A DNA stretch of 64,000 nucleotides from Chiloscyllium plagiosum (GCF_004010195.1 NC_057753.1:10698135-10762134), one strand, 5' to 3'; shown: positions 27,545 through 41,620, numbered from the stretch's first letter. Notes: generated by a model not told the origin, from the sequence alone. Numbers and translations are program-made.

Positions 27545-27872
27545 CCGTGGGTGGCACAGTGGTTAGCACTGCTGCCTCGCAGCGCCAGAGACCCGGGTTC
27601 AATTCCCGACTCAGGCGACTGACTGTGTGGAGTTTGCACGTTCTCCCCGTGTCTGCGTGGGTTTCCTCCGGGTGCTCCGGTTTCCTCCCACAGTCCAAAG
27701 ATGTGCAGGTTAGGTGAATTGGCCATACTAAATTGCCCGTAGTGTTAGGTAAGGGGTAAATGTAGGGGTATGGGTGGGTTTCGCTTCGGCGGGTCGGTGT
27801 GGACTTGTTGGGCCGAAGGGCCTGTTTCCACACTGTAATCTAATCTAATCTAATCTAATCTAATCTAATCAA
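27545..27872 (+). mobile_element. Full-length young V-SINE
   Basis: Complete body with many CpGs retained and a long (TCTAA)n tail. Confidence 0.9.
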
Positions 27873-28659
27873 TGTAGTGATGTGGAAAGCGAACATTAGA
27901 GAATGATAGAAAGGGACACGGAGAGTAAGTGTACCAGTAATCAAAGCTGGATGCAAAAGATCGCAAAAATTTAAAGTGAAGACTGTATGTCCGAATGTGT
28001 GCTGCATTGTTAAAAGAAAGTGAATAAATTGACTGCACACGCTGAAGAGGATATGATCTGAGACTCCTTACAGAGACATAGCTTTAAGAATGATAAGTAT
28101 TGGATTCTGAATATCGAGGGAGTACATGGCATTCAAGTCGAGTGGGAAGCTAGGTAAAGGTAGAGGGTTGGCACTGCTAATCACAGCACTGATCACAGGG
28201 TAGTCTGGTGTCAGCTCGGATTGCATGTCCTGATTTCTCTGTCCTCTGTTGATCTCCCTGTTTCCACAGAATAAGGTGTTGTCTGTTCTCAGCTCTGCTA
28301 GATTTCTGCTGAAGCTTTGACCCCCCCCCCCCCCCTTTATACCTTCCAGAACAATAAAACATTGCCGATCAAGGCCCAACCGACAGTCTCTTAGCCTGTC
28401 AACCATCCAAACGGAGACTCATCATAGGGAATGAAATAAGAAAAATGAAACAAAATTAGATATAAACACACAATTGGTGCTCGTGCTTAACGTTTGTTCA
28501 TTAGATAGTAAACCAGAGTTAGGGATCTCCCAGGATTCTTATCGTACCCTACTTGAGGAATTCTGTCTCCCATATTTCTAACTATTTGTTCCCAGCTATG
28601 ATTTATAACAATATTTACATCAACAGAAATAAAGCATCTGTTATCAAATAGACATAGAG

Positions 28660-29890
28660 ATATACTGCTCAGAAATAGACTTTTTGAACACATCCATACT
28701 GACAAGATCTTCTGTATAAATCTAGTGACCAATTTGCCAACATTTTTCACATATCCCTCCAAACCCTTCCTATTCACACAACCATCCAGGTGCCTTTTAA
28801 ACGTTGTAATTGTACCAGCCTCCACCCTTCCTCTGGCTTATTTACCCTATCCATGCCCCTAATGATTTTATGTACCTATATAAGGTCACCCTCAGCCTCC
28901 GACACTCCAGGGAAACAGCCCCATCCTATCCAGCTTCGCCTGATACCACAAACCCTCCAACACTGGCGACATTCTTATCAATCTTTGCTGTACCGTTTCA
29001 AGTTTCACAACAGCTTTCCTATCCTATAGCAGGGAGACCAGAATTGAATGCAATATTCCAAAAGTAGCCAAACCAATGTCCTGAACAGCTGCAAAATGAG
29101 CTCCCACCACCTCTACCCAATGCATTTAATGGGCCAAATGGCCTCTTTCTGCACTGCGGGTTTTAATCATTTTATTCTGTATTGTAGTCAATTTCAGTCA
29201 CTATCTCTGGTGTATGGTATGTCACTGGAACCAGAATTGCATGCAATACTCCAAACGTGGCCTAACCAATGTCTTGTACAGCTGCAACATGACCTCCCAA
29301 CTCCTCCAGTCATGGCACTGACCAATAAAGGCAAGCATACCAAACACCTTCTTCAGTGGGCACAGTGGTTAGCACTGCTGCCTCACAGCGCCAGAGACCC
29401 GGGTTCAATTCCCGACACTGACTGTGTGGAGTTTGCACATTCTCCCCGTGTCTGCGTGGGTTTCCTCCGGGTGCTCCGGTTTCCTCCCACAGTCCAAAGA
29501 TGTGCAGGTTAGGTGAATTGGCCATGCTAAATTGCCCGTAGTGTTAGGTAAAGGGGTAAATGTAGGGGAATGGGTGGGTTGCACTTTGGCGGGTCAGTGT
29601 GGACTTGTTGGGCCGAAGGGCCTGTTTCCACACTAAGTAATCTAATCTAATCACTTACAAGGAACTGTGAACCTGCCATGGAGTCATACAGCATGGAAAC
29701 AGACCTTCAGTCCAACCAGTCCATGCCAACCATAATCCCAAATTAAACCCGTCTCTCCTGCCTGATCCTGGCTTATATCCCTCCAAACCTTTCCTATTCA
29801 TATATTTATCCAAATGTCTTTTAATTGTATCCGCACCCACCACTTCCTCAGGAAGTTCATTCCACACATGAACCACCCTCCGTGTAAAAT
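28660..29890 (-). mobile_element. CR1 fragments with a nested V-SINE (29357-29652,+)
   Basis: CR1 motifs on the minus strand; complete SINE on the plus strand. Confidence 0.75.
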
Positions 29891-30229
29891 TAGTATTTGA
29901 ATGGCAAAGATGAGGTTGAATTGAAATGGTTCATAAAATAAACAGTTTCCTACCAAACCCCCTACAGCAGGTATGGGAGGAATTCCAACTTTGGAGTCTC
30001 ATAAATCGCTATTTCCATGGTTGGACGGGGAGTAAAATGTTGGTTTCACAGAGGAGGAGGTTTTCTGTGAGCATGAAGCTAAAATGAAACTCCATGCTTT
30101 GCTTGAACTCAAACCGCATTGACTTGGAGGAGAGCGAAAGGAGTTTGCAAAGTGTCCTCCCCTCCCCACGTGCCTCAGCTGCAGGGCAGGGCAGGCACAG
30201 TGCGAGGCCACTGTCTGTCCCACCCCTCC

Positions 30230-30460
30230 ATTGTGGACGCCACAACACGGAAGTAGCTCAGTCAGTTTCAGAGTGAAACTCCTTCCCGCTGGGCAACATC
30301 TCAGAGTAAAGCAATGTCTCCGCCTTTCCATTCCTCATCCTGGGAGGCAGAGAGTGGGGGGGGGGGGGGAAACACTGTTCATTTGTAGCAACTGGAGTGA
30401 ATCCAGGGAGGGAGCAGACTCTGCAAAGATGCTCAGATGCTGTCTGTCCCTTTTTAAAGG
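30230..30460 (+). promoter_or_regulatory. Candidate promoter/non-coding first exon of the intact ZNF
   Basis: CGGAAGT motif. The module recurs near 20490, 22500 and 42030-42350(-). Weak donor AAG|GTATTT at 30460, with a strong acceptor T-run GCAG| at 31058. Confidence 0.4.
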
Positions 30461-31387
30461 TATTTTCATTGTGTATTCCCTCAGTTTGGCACTTATAAAG
30501 TTTGCAACCGAGAAAAGGATTGCTTCTTTCCTCATGTTCACAATTAAAAGGGTAGTTTATCATGAAACTGAGAAGCATTTAAGGGATTGGCGCATTGATT
30601 TCAAATGTTGGCATATGTTGCGTCATATGGTGTATATCTGATATTGTTGGCTGTTGTTAACCCTTCATAGCTATGATTTTTCACCTTGTAATCCAGTAAT
30701 GGCGTACCGTCCTGTAGGTCTTGGCATCTTTTTTATTTAATCGGACAGCAGGAAGTCATTCAGCAACTTTACTGGCTTTCCAGGACTCTTTTCGCAAGCA
30801 GCATTGACATTTCATTATCATGTCCTTGATTCAGCTCCATTTCCAGCACCTTCGTAGGCAGCTTGTTCCAGCTCATTGTCACCTAAATGAAGTTTTCCTT
30901 CATAGACACTTAAGGCTAGCTGGCTGCATGAGGGTTTTCTGTATCCTGGATAATATGTGATCAGCAGACATCTGGCAATCTACAGGAATTGCCACCAATG
31001 TTATGTTCATTTAACAGTACTGACAGTGATCTCTTAATTTGTGATTTTTTTTTTGCAGGAAGACATGCAGAAAGAAATCATCTGAAAGCAAATGATAAAT
31101 CAATTTCTGACAGAGCCACTTGAATCATTGGTGCTTGAATATCAGCAACTGTTCAAATGAAGAAGACATGTTTGCTTTTGTCTGCGTGAGATATTTTAGA
31201 TACTGGTGTGGTAGAGAGAATATTGAGACACCCGCATAGGGAGAATCAGTGCACTGACTGTGAGAAGTGCTTCAAACCATTTACTCAACTTGAGGGATCA
31301 AAATCTCACGCCTCACGGTGGAGAGAGACTGCATACCTGTTCTGCTTTTAATTTTAAAGCCAGAGAGACACAAGGAAAGCTCCCCCC

Positions 31388-32077
31388 ATGGGGAAACCGT
31401 GGAAATGTGAGGATTGTGGGAAAGGATTCGCTTCCCCATCGGCACTGGAAACCCACAGACGCATTCATACCGGGGAGAGGCCGTTCTCCTGCTCAGTGTG
31501 CGGGAAGAGGTTCAGTTGGCTGTGCAACCTGCAGACGCATCAGCGGGTTCACACCGGGGAGAGGCCTTTCATCTGCCGCCATTGTGGGAAAGGATTCACT
31601 CAGTCGTCCCGGCTGCAGACGCACCAGCGGGTTCACACCGGGGAGAGGCCGTTCTCCTGTTCTCAGTGTGGGCAACGATTCATTGATGCATCCCATCTCC
31701 TGAAACACCAGCGGGTCCACATGGGGGAGAGGCCATTCACCTGCTCTGAGTGCGGAAAGGGATTCGTCGATTCCTACACTCTGCTGACGCACCGGCGGGT
31801 CCACACTGGGGAGAGGCCATTCACCTGCACCAAGTGCAGGAAGAGCTTCAGTCATGTGGGCAACTTGCGGAGGCACCAACGGATCCATACCGGGGAGAGG
31901 CCGTTCACGTGTTCCGTGTGCGGGAAGGGGTTTGCTCAGTCATCTACACTGCTGATCCACCAAAGGGTCCACACCGGGGAGAGGCCATTCATCTGCTCTC
32001 AGTGTGGAAAGGGCTTCACCCGCTCCTCCCACCTGCGGAGTCACCAGCGAGTTCACGTGCCATCGCAGGGGGATTGA
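31388..32077 (+). CDS. Intact C2H2 zinc-finger protein, 8 tandem fingers, 229 aa
   Basis: Eight complete CxxC...HxxxH units joined by TGERPF-type linkers with no stops. AATAAA at 32526. No effector domain is visible in this exon. Confidence 0.9.
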   Translation: MGKPWKCEDCGKGFASPSALETHRRIHTGERPFSCSVCGKRFSWLCNLQTHQRVHTGERPFICRHCGKGFTQSSRLQTHQRVHTGERPFSCSQCGQRFIDASHLLKHQRVHMGERPFTCSECGKGFVDSYTLLTHRRVHTGERPFTCTKCRKSFSHVGNLRRHQRIHTGERPFTCSVCGKGFAQSSTLLIHQRVHTGERPFICSQCGKGFTRSSHLRSHQRVHVPSQGD

Positions 32078-32789
32078 AGGAGCAATAGCCGATTGCCATT
32101 ATCGATTGGACTATCAACTCAGCTCTGGGGACTCCTGGGTTTGAATCCCGCCACAGCAGACAGCTGAATTGAAATTTCGTCAGAAATGTGGAGTTCACAA
32201 TCTGATGCTGAAACCATTTTCGGGGAGGAAAATCTCCCATCTGATTCACTTACGTCCATTTTAGGGAAGGAAACTGCCTTTGCGGGAAAGCATTCACTCA
32301 GTCATTCCAGCTGCATCCTTTGCTGAGTCTGGCCTACACGTGACCCCAGACCAACAGTAGTTTGGGTGACTCTTGACCCCCCCCCCGCAAAATGGAGACA
32401 ACTCGGTGCTGACCAACAGTAAAGGATTGTGTGCGCTTTGACCTTGAGCTGTTTAAGAAAACAAAAGCTACTTTTTGTACACCTTTTTGCTGGGGAGATC
32501 TGAAGCTGTAACAAAGTTGGGTTGCAATAAAGGTTACCTGAACTTACCCCTGGACTCAGACTCTCATTGAAAGCTGTGAGATCCGACAGGTTTTTGTTTT
32601 AAAGCTGCTCATTTCTTTCAGTCTCCAGCACTGAGTCTCCAATGTCATGAGTCAGAAGGAGCCGTGAATGAGTAGATAATATCATTAGAAATTGTAAATT
32701 TTTCATTTCTGCACGTACTGCAGCGTTTAATCAGCATTGTAACATTTACTGGCAGCACCGGGAGGTGGAGGATGTATTCACTCGAAACA

Positions 32790-33452
32790 AAGTTAATAAT
32801 CACACAACACCAGATTATAGTCCAACAAGTTTATTTGGAAGCACTAGCTTTTGGAACATTGCTCCTTCATCAGATGGATGTGGAGCAGGATCATAAGACA
32901 CAGAAATATAGCAAATAATCGCAGTTTCATGCAACAGAAATTATATTTTGAACAAACCTAGATTGCTGTTAAGTCTTTCATCTTTTAGGATGGGTGCAGG
33001 TTTTGGTTCATTAATATGTAAATCCCAGAACTACTTTAAAGTCATATTCTCGAAATGACTTAAGGTCTATCTTGAGTCAGACTGGTTCTATTTCCAAAGT
33101 AGGAATTTATAAAATATTACATGATTGATTGTGTGCTTTTTCAGCAGAATACAATGTATCTTCAGATAATTCTGCAAATTAAAATTCACCCCAAAGTCTT
33201 GTATATAAGTGTGCGAGCATGAAAGACAGTGTGCGTGTGTATGATAGCGTGTATGCATGCTTGGTAAAGTGTGTGTGTGAGATGGAGTATAAGCCCGTGA
33301 GAGGGTGTGTGTGTGTATTTGAGGGAGGCGTCTGTGTGAGTATGCGATAGAGTGTGTATGGAGTAGTTACCTGTCGTGTGACATGAACCCAAGGTCCCAG
33401 TTGAGGCCATCCTCATGGGTTCTGAATTTGGCTATCAGTCTCTGCTGGGCCA
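32790..33452 (-). mobile_element. Penelope-like family 2 3' end
   Basis: Minus frame ends QQRLIAKFRTHEDGLNWDLGFMSHDR*, resembling a PLE GIY-YIG C-terminus. It is followed by a CA-rich tract and hammerhead-like tail. Confidence 0.7.
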
Positions 33453-33639
33453 CTAATAACGATTTAAGCAGTTACACAACACACATTGGAGAGTGTAGGG
33501 TGGGACTTGTCTTTTGATTTGCAGAAGGTGGGAGGCTCTGGATGCTGTGATCCAGGGCAAACATATGCTGAAGGACCTTCGGCTCAAAGAGATGGAGCTG
33601 GAAGTCAGGCTGCAGACATGTTTGGGGGACTCATAGAAC

Positions 33640-33920
33640 CCTACACTGTGGAAACAAACCCTAGGCCCAACAAGTCCACAGTGACCCTCTGAAGAGCATC
33701 CCACCTGGACCCACCCAAACATTCCTGCGGCTAATCCCTGAATTAAGAATGCCCAGTCCACTCTAACCTGCACATCTTTGGACCATGGGAGGAAACCAGA
33801 GCATGCAGAGGAAACCCTGCAGACACGGGAGGAGGGTGGAGGAAAATGCAAACTCCACACAGACAGTCACCTAAAGGGTCCCTGGCATTGTGAGGCAGCG
33901 GTGCTAAACACTGGGCCACC
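33640..33920 (-). mobile_element. Diverged V-SINE
   Basis: SINE core on the minus strand. Confidence 0.7.
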
Positions 33921-33939
33921 TACAGTCTTGGACTGAAGG

Positions 33940-34340
33940 AATCCCCTCTGCAGCGCTCAGCAATCGATTGGCTTCTCCCCAGTCCTGGTGACACTCCAGT
34001 CTGTTTGAGGAATGGAATTTGCTTCCACAGGATTGGATACAATGCGGTCATTGTATCTCGGCAGCTTCAATGATCCAATGAAGGGCTCATCTACAGCGAG
34101 AACACTAGTCCACATTACACTAAAGCATTAAAGTTCTCTCCACAATCAGAATCCTGGAGCACTCCCATACAGACTGTGTGTAATCAGAGGGCTTCTCACG
34201 TCACGTTGATATTTGAAATCAGTTCCTGTAGGCAAATATATCCCCTCCTGAATTCAAATGATGCTGATATTCAGGCCCTGAGTAATTTTCTTGTCTGTGC
34301 CTGAACAGCAAATCCTCTTCTGCTAAGGGCAGAAAATAGA
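33940..34340 (-). pseudogene. Highly eroded ZNF remnant
   Basis: Minus strand resembles the region upstream of the intact ZNF (ctgaatatcagca, compare 31135) and retains actggggagaagcca and gattgtggagagaacttt finger-like relics. Confidence 0.45.
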
Positions 34341-34896
34341 ATAAAAGAATTCTGACTTTTATGGAACAGCCTTCTCTATCTTTTTCCCGATATCTCTGTC
34401 TCCCAATTCCTTACCTTTCAATGGATACTCACCTAAATTCATCCTTCTATCCTCCTGTTTTTGCCCAGCTCCCTTCTGACAGTGCTGACTCTTGGTTCAG
34501 TTTCTTAGCCATTTTTTGCCATCCCCAGGATATCACCCACATCTTTATATAGTTTTTAAAACGAAAAAGCAATGGTTTGCTGATGCCAGGATGTAAAGAT
34601 GACTGTGCTCACAGTGTTCCAGACTCTCTCGTGTCATTCACAAAAATCTGCACTGTGCATGTGCAGAGAAGGGGATGCTGGGAGTGGTGGGATGCATTCA
34701 TCAACATCCCCTCCCTTCAGACCCAATCATCCCCACAGCACCCGCTGTCCATTTCCCCCTGCCACTCACAGCACCCGCTGTCCATTTCCCCATCACTTTC
34801 TCTATCTCCCACAGCACCACGTCCATTTTCTTTCTGTCTGTCTGTCTCCTCCAGCTCTCCATCCATTCTCTGTCCCTATCCTCAGCTTCCTGTCCT

Positions 34897-34900
<4 letters not shown>

Positions 34901-34949
<49 letters not shown>

Positions 34950-35333
34950 NNNNNNNNNNNNNNNNNNNNNNNNNNNNNNNNNNNNNNNNNNNNNNNNNNN
35001 NNNNNNNNNNNNNNNNNNNNNNNNNNNNNNNNNNNNNNNNNNNNNNNNNNNNNNNNNNNNNNNNNNNNNNNNNNNNNNNNNNNNNNNNNNNNNNNNNNNN
35101 NNNNNNNNNNNNNNNNNNNNNNNNNNNNNNNNNNNNNNNNNNNNNNNNNNNNNNNNNNNNNNNNNNNNNNNNNNNNNNNNNNNNNNNNNNNNNNNNNNNN
35201 NNNNNNNNNNNNNNNNNNNNNNNNNNNNNNNNNNNNNNNNNNNNNNNNNNNNNNNNNNNNNNNNNNNNNNNNNNNNNNNNNNNNNNNNNNNNNNNNNNNN
35301 NNNNNNNNNNNNNNNNNNNNNNNNNNNNNNNNN
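34901..35333. repeat. (TC)n microsatellite running into an assembly gap (N 34950-35333)
   Basis: Direct observation. Confidence 0.95.
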
Positions 35334-36289
35334 TCACCCTCTGTTTCCCAGTGTGTTTATCTCTCTCTGCCCTACCCTCTATCCCCTCCATCTCACTATA
35401 CCCCCAGTCTTTTGCTCCCCCTTCACCCACTGTCCCCTGTCTATTCTCTCTCCCTTCTCTTCCACTGACCCTCTGTTCTTTCTCATGCCTTGTACCCTCT
35501 TTGTTTGCTGTGTCAAGCCCTTTGCAGGAGAGAGAGAGAATGGATGGTGCTAACTCTACCTGGGAGATGGGAATGTGTGAGAAATGATTGATCTTTAAAA
35601 TTGAGAGAGTTAAAATGATATATTCAGAAACATAATTAAAGTCTGAATGCATATTTTTTTAATAGCTGCAGACACCTTTCTGAAACTTGCATTGAAGAAT
35701 GTGCAGTTAGGCCACAGTTCAGGACAGGCTGTTAAGGGTGAATGGCCTACTTGTAGTCTTGCAAATATGTTTCTGACTATGTAGAAATAGTCATAGAGTT
35801 GCACAGCATGAAAACAAACCCTCGGGTCCATGCCAAGCTGATGTCCTAAATTAATCTAGTGACCCATTTGCCAGCAATTTGACCCATATCTCTCTAAACT
35901 CTTCTTATTCATATACCCCCATCTAGATGCCTTTCCTCTGGCAGCTCATTCCATACACACACCACCCTCTACGTGAAAAAGTTACCCCTTAGGTCCCTGT
36001 TAAATTCACCCTCTCGCCTGAAACCTGGTTTCAGGCGCAGGGCAGGGGAGTCCCTCTGGTTTGGGACTCCCCTGCCCTGCGGAAAAGACGTACAAAAGGA
36101 ATACAATGTTGAGGTGGGGGGGAAATTGTGGGCTTTTTCCCTTTTATTGGCATTTGGACACTTCAAATCTGTCAATAACACAAGCACCTCCACAAAACAC
36201 ACTGCCGAAGCGCCTCAGCGTCGGCAAAGCACTGTGTATGGCGGGCGACCTACTTTTTATCTCTCCACCCTGCAGGCTCTCTGCCTCTA

Positions 36290-36420
36290 TTCCTGATGAA
36301 GGGCTTTTGCCCGAAACGTGGATTTTCCTGCTCCTCGGATGCTGCCTGACCTGCTGTGCTTTTCCAGCACCACTCTAATCCAGCATCTGGTGTCCAGCAT
36401 CTGCAGTCATTGTTTTTACC
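36290..36420 (+). mobile_element. Penelope family 1 3' tail with hammerhead-like core
   Basis: CTGATGA-A-GGGC-TTTT-GCCC-GAAAC followed by ggatgctgcctgacctgctgtgc. Matches the tail of the 26125-27499 element. Confidence 0.7.
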
Positions 36421-37239
36421 TACTTTTGATGGTCCAATGTAGAGCCCTGGAGGACCGGAAGCAACCAAGTCCCCCTGCCAATCAGAGCACCCCACTATCT
36501 AAATTCGGCAATTGGACCCATGTTCTTCGAATCTTTAGCTGTTCGTCTCTCTCTCTCTCTCTCTCTCTGTCTGAATGAAGATTGAGCTTCACTCCAGGCT
36601 GCAACTTCCTTCCTCTCTCCAACATCTGTGAGTACAACACGCTTTTCTCACCCTCCCCTTTTTCTCATTCTGGGGTTTCATTGTTAACTTGCAGCAACTG
36701 AAAGGAAAGGGAATGAATCCAGGGAGCGGACAGACTCTGGAAAAGTTGGTCACGTTTTGTGTATCAATTGGCAAATGCATTACCACAATGTGAAATGATA
36801 GCCTTTCCTGTGGGAAAAGAAAAAGCAGAAAGGAGGTGCATTGTTTAAACGGTGATATATTGGGATGTGGAGAAAGTGAGGACTAGAGATCAGAGTCGAA
36901 AAATGTGACGCTGGCAAAGCACAGCAGGTCAGGCAGCATCCGAGGAGCAGGAGAGTCGATGTTTCGGGCACGAGCCCTTCAACAGGGATGTGGATGTAAA
37001 AATGGGCCTCAGTGTCCTTTTACATCAGTCAGTGCCAGTCGTCAGACAGGTGCAACAAGCAATGAGCAGTAAAGGGGCACATTAGCAAGAGGAATTGAAT
37101 TCAGAAGTGGGAATATCTTCCTGTAGCTAGTGGGTCATTGAAAATATTCAAGGCTGAGTTCACCTGATTTTTTGAACAACAAATTAGTGGATGGTTATGA
37201 GGGAAGGAAAGGTTTTCAGACCAATACAGAACAGTTACA

Positions 37240-38485
37240 GAATCAAACAGCACAGAAACAGACCCTTCAGTCTGACTAGTCCATGTTGACTATATTCTCA
37301 AACTAAACTAGTCCCACCTGCTTGCATTTGGCGCATGTCCCATGTCCCTATGAACCTTTCATATTTATGTACTTATCTAAATGTCTTTTAAATGTTGTAA
37401 CTGTACCTGCATCCACCACATCCTCTGGACATTCATTCCACACACAAAATAACTCTCTGTGTTAAAATAAAACTGTTGTTCCTCATATCGTTTTAAAATC
37501 TTTCTCCTCTCACCTTCAAAATTTGCGACCTTATCTTGAAATCCCCACCCTTGAAAAAGGGCACCTGCCATTCACCTCATCCATACCCCTCATAATTTTA
37601 CAATCCTCTATAAGATCACCTTTCAACGTCTTATGCCCCAACCTATCTCTCTGGCTGAAGGAATTTCTCTCCTCTCCATTCTTAAAGATCTTTCCTTTAC
37701 TCTAAGGCTGTGCCCTCTGTTCGTAGTCTCTCCTACCAATGGAAACACCTTCCCAACGTTCACTTTGTCCAGGCTGTTCAGTATTCTATATGTTTCAATT
37801 AGATCCCCCCTGAGTGGGGGCCTGTTAATCAGCATGTACCAGACCCTTCAGGGTGAGGTACAGCAGGGATTAGATTCAGCAAAGTGAGAATGGAGGGAGA
37901 ATGTGTGGGATGGAGATTATCAGCTTTTAGGGAATGAGAGAGGAAAGAAACTTCAATATAAATTTGAATTGATTGGATGCGCTGATGGGCTGAGGAGTGG
38001 TAGATGGAGTTTAATTTAGATAAATATGAGGTGTTGCATTTTGATAAGGCAAATCAGGGCAGGACTTACACAGTTAATGTTGTGGGGGAGTTAAGCGGAC
38101 ACTGAACAAAGAGACCTTGTGGTGCTTGTTCATAGTTCCTTGAAAGTGGAGTTATAGGTAGGCAGGATAGTGAAGAAGGCATTTGGTATGTTTGTCTTTA
38201 TTGGTCAGTGCATTGAGTATTAGAGTTGGGAGGTCATGTTGCCACTGTACAGGACAATGATTAGGCCACTTTTGGAATGCTGTGTTCATTTGTGGTCTTC
38301 CTGCTCCAGGAAAGATATTGTGAAATTTTGAAAGAATTTGGAAAAGATTTACAAGGCAGTTGCCAGAGTTGGAGGGTTTGAGCTGCAGGGAGAGGCCGAA
38401 TAAGCTGGGGTGTTTTCCCTGGAGTGTCAGAGGCTCAATGGTGACCTTATAGAAGTTCATCAGGAGCATCGATAGGGTGAATAGC
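37240..38485. mobile_element. CR1 fragments (37240-37810 minus; 37970-38485 plus)
   Basis: CR1 ORF2 C-terminal motifs. Confidence 0.7.
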
Positions 38486-39284
38486 TGTGGAACAGGATCA
38501 TAAGATACCAAATTTATGGCAAAAGTGTCATGCAACTGATACTTAAATCTAATTTAAGTTTGTTCAATATATCGTATGTCCACACAGACCGTCGCCCAAA
38601 GGTGGAAGCGAACCTGGGTCCCTTACACTGTAAGGCAGCAGTGCTAAACACTGAACCACCGTGCTGCCCAGAACTTTAACATTCTGCTTTGAACTTGTAA
38701 CTTGTAACTTCTCACTTCTCATGCGGCCTCTGCAGAGGCTCTCTCCTCCTAATATTGTTGGACCACACCTGCTGCAACCTCCCTTTCCCACTTCTCCAGC
38801 CCTGAGCACATTGGTTCCCAAATCCTGATCCCCAGACAGACACCGATGCCATCTGGCTTTCTGCTGCTAACTGCAGAGAACGGACACAATACCAGTCACT
38901 ATTCTGTCTGTTACCACCACCACCCCTTCCCAATGTTGTTCTTACTCCCACCATCCAGCCAGTTAGTTCCTCTCCCTCACAGCCCTCACTCAAATCCCCT
39001 TTACCTGCCTGACTCACCCTCGCACCCTCCTGACCCTTCCACTGACCCAATCAGAAGGCTCTGTCAGGAGGGGAATGACTGTCTCCCAGAATAAAGTGTC
39101 TGGTTAACTTTTCCCCCTTTCCCCCAACATGTCTGCAGTCAGGCTTCTAGCTGCATTTCTCTGAACAAAGATCCTCCAGCACGTGTTTGACCTGGATCAC
39201 AGCATGCAGAGCCTCCCACCTTCTGCAAATTAAAAGACACCCTGCCTTCTCCAATGTGCATTGTGTAACTACTTAATCATTTCT

Positions 39285-40325
39285 AGTGGCCGAGCAAAGG
39301 CTGATAGCCTTGGGTTCATGTCACACTACAGGTGATCTCTCTCTGTCTCTCGCGCGCATACCCTCTCAATACACTCACTCTCTCTCAGACACACAAGCAC
39401 ACAACCCTACACTCACACCCAGGCACACACCCTCTCACAGGCTTATACTCCATCTCACACACACACACATACACTTTACAAACATGCACACATGCAAACA
39501 CACATTCTCTCATGGGCATGAGAGCGTGGATGGCACAGTGGTTAGCACTGCTGCCTCACAGCGCCAGAGACAATTCCCGCTTCAGGCGACTGTCTGTGTA
39601 GAGTTTGCACATTCTCCCCGTGTCTGCGTGGGTTTCCTCCGGGTCCTCCGGTTTCCTCCCACAGTCCAAAAATGTGCAGGATAGCTGAATTGGCCATGCT
39701 AAGTTGCCCGTAGTGTTAGGTGAAGGGGTAAGTGTAGGGGTCTGGGTGGGTTGCACTTCGGCGGGTCGGTGTGAATTTGTTGGGCCGAAGGGCCTGTTTC
39801 CACAATGTAAATGTAACACACACACACACATTTTACCAAACATGCACACATACAAACACACATTCTGTCATGGGCACTCACCTGTGCTGACTCTCTGTGT
39901 GTGCTCTGTCCCCAGCTGCACATATAGACAGGTCTGTAGGGTGTATTTGCATTTGCAGATACATTCTATTTTGCTCAAAAAGCAAACAATCTGCAGGCAG
40001 TCAATCCATGTCACGTTTTATCAACTCCTACTTTGGAAATACATCACTCTGACTCAGGATTGGCTGACAGACCTCACACATTTCACGTCTGAGCTGAGAT
40101 GTCACCTAGTTTTATAAAGCCTTAAGTTATCTCGAGAATGTGACTTAAAGTAGTTCTGGGATTTACAGACTAAAAGATGAAATACTTGACAGCAATCCAG
40201 GTTTGTTCAATATATCATTTTGGGTGCATGACACTCGAATCTTTTGCTATAAATTCTGTGTCTTATGATCCTGCTCCACAGCTACCTGATGACTATAACC
40301 CGGTGTTGTGTGATTTTTAACTTTG
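39285..40325 (+). mobile_element. Penelope-like family 2 3' end with nested V-SINE (39525-39812)
   Basis: Inverted counterpart of 32790-33452 (VAEQRLIA..GFMSH). The SINE is absent from the 33-kb copy. Confidence 0.7.
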
Positions 40326-41119
40326 TTTCTAGTGAATACAGCCCACACCTCCTCCTACTGCCATTAAACTTTACAATGCCGATGAAATTATGCAGTAGCT
40401 GCAGAGATGAACAGTTTAACAGTTTCTAACAATACTAGCTACTCATTCACTGCTCCTTCTGATACGCAACACTGGAAACTTAGTGCTGGAGACTGAAAGG
40501 AATGAGCAGCTTTAAAAAAAACTTGGATCTCTCAGTTTTCAATGAGAGCCTGAGTCCGGCAGTAAGTTCAGGTCTCCTTTATTGCAACCCAACTTTGTTA
40601 CAGCTTCAGATCCCCCCAGCAACATGGCGTATAAAAAGTAGCTTTTTTTTAAAAACAGCTCAAGGTCAAAGTGCACCCCACCACCACCTCCCTTACTCTT
40701 GGTCAGCACTATAATTGGATCCTAGGTACAGTCTTAACCTGTAGGGAAGTATTGCCTCAATCAGCAATTTCAACTTATACCCTGTATCCAAGTAAGTTTT
40801 TCTCCACTCATTTGCCGGGGGTGGGGAGGTGGGTGCGCAGTCAAGAGTCAACCACACTGCTCTAGGTCTGGAGTCACGTGTAGGCCAGATCGGGTAAAGG
40901 ATGCGGCTGGGGCGACTGAATGAATCCTTTCCCACAACGGCAGTTTCCATCAGTAGAAAGACATGAGTGAATCAGATGGATTTTCTTTCCCCAAAAATGG
41001 TTTCATCATTAGATTCTGGACTCCGGATTTCTGACCAAATTCCAATTCCACCATCTGCTGTGGCAGGATTTGAACCCAGGAGTCCCCAGAACTGGGTTGA
41101 TAGTCCGGTTAATAATGGC

Positions 41120-41620
41120 TTCACCCGCTCCTCCCACCTGCGATGGCACATGAACTCGCTGGTGCTTCTGCAGGTGGGAAGAGCAGGTGAAGCCCTTCCC
41201 ACACGGCGAGCAGGTGTGGACCCACTGGTGGGTTATCAGCTTAGCTGAGTGAGTGAACCCCTTCCTGCACTCGGGTCACCTGAACGGCCTCTCTCCCATG
41301 TGGAAGCGCCTCGTGCTTCTACAAGTTGCTGACCTGACTGAAGCCCTTCCCTCGCTCAGGGCAGTGAATGGCCTCTTGACCACATGTACCCATTGGTGCT
41401 TCTGCAGGTCATCTATCTGACTGAACCTCTGCCCATACACGGACCAGGTAAACAGCCTCTTCCCATTGTGGACCTGCTAGTGTTTAAGCAGGCCGGAAGA
41501 ATCGATGAATGCTTTCGCGCTGGTGTGTCAGGAGGTCAGACGCCTAAATGACTCTTCACCCACACTGAGAACCGGAGAATGGCCTCACCTTGGTGTGAAT
41601 GGGCCGGTGGGTTTCCATCA
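41120..41620 (-). pseudogene. C2H2 ZNF pseudogene
   Basis: Decayed fingers ending in [13 protein letters not shown] like the intact gene, with many stops and indels. Confidence 0.8.

Noticed and set aside
27545..27625. tRNA genes
   Set aside because: These are tRNA-like SINE heads continuous with SINE bodies.
34577..35652. Long ORFs of 256-336 aa
   Set aside because: Artefacts of a microsatellite plus N gap.
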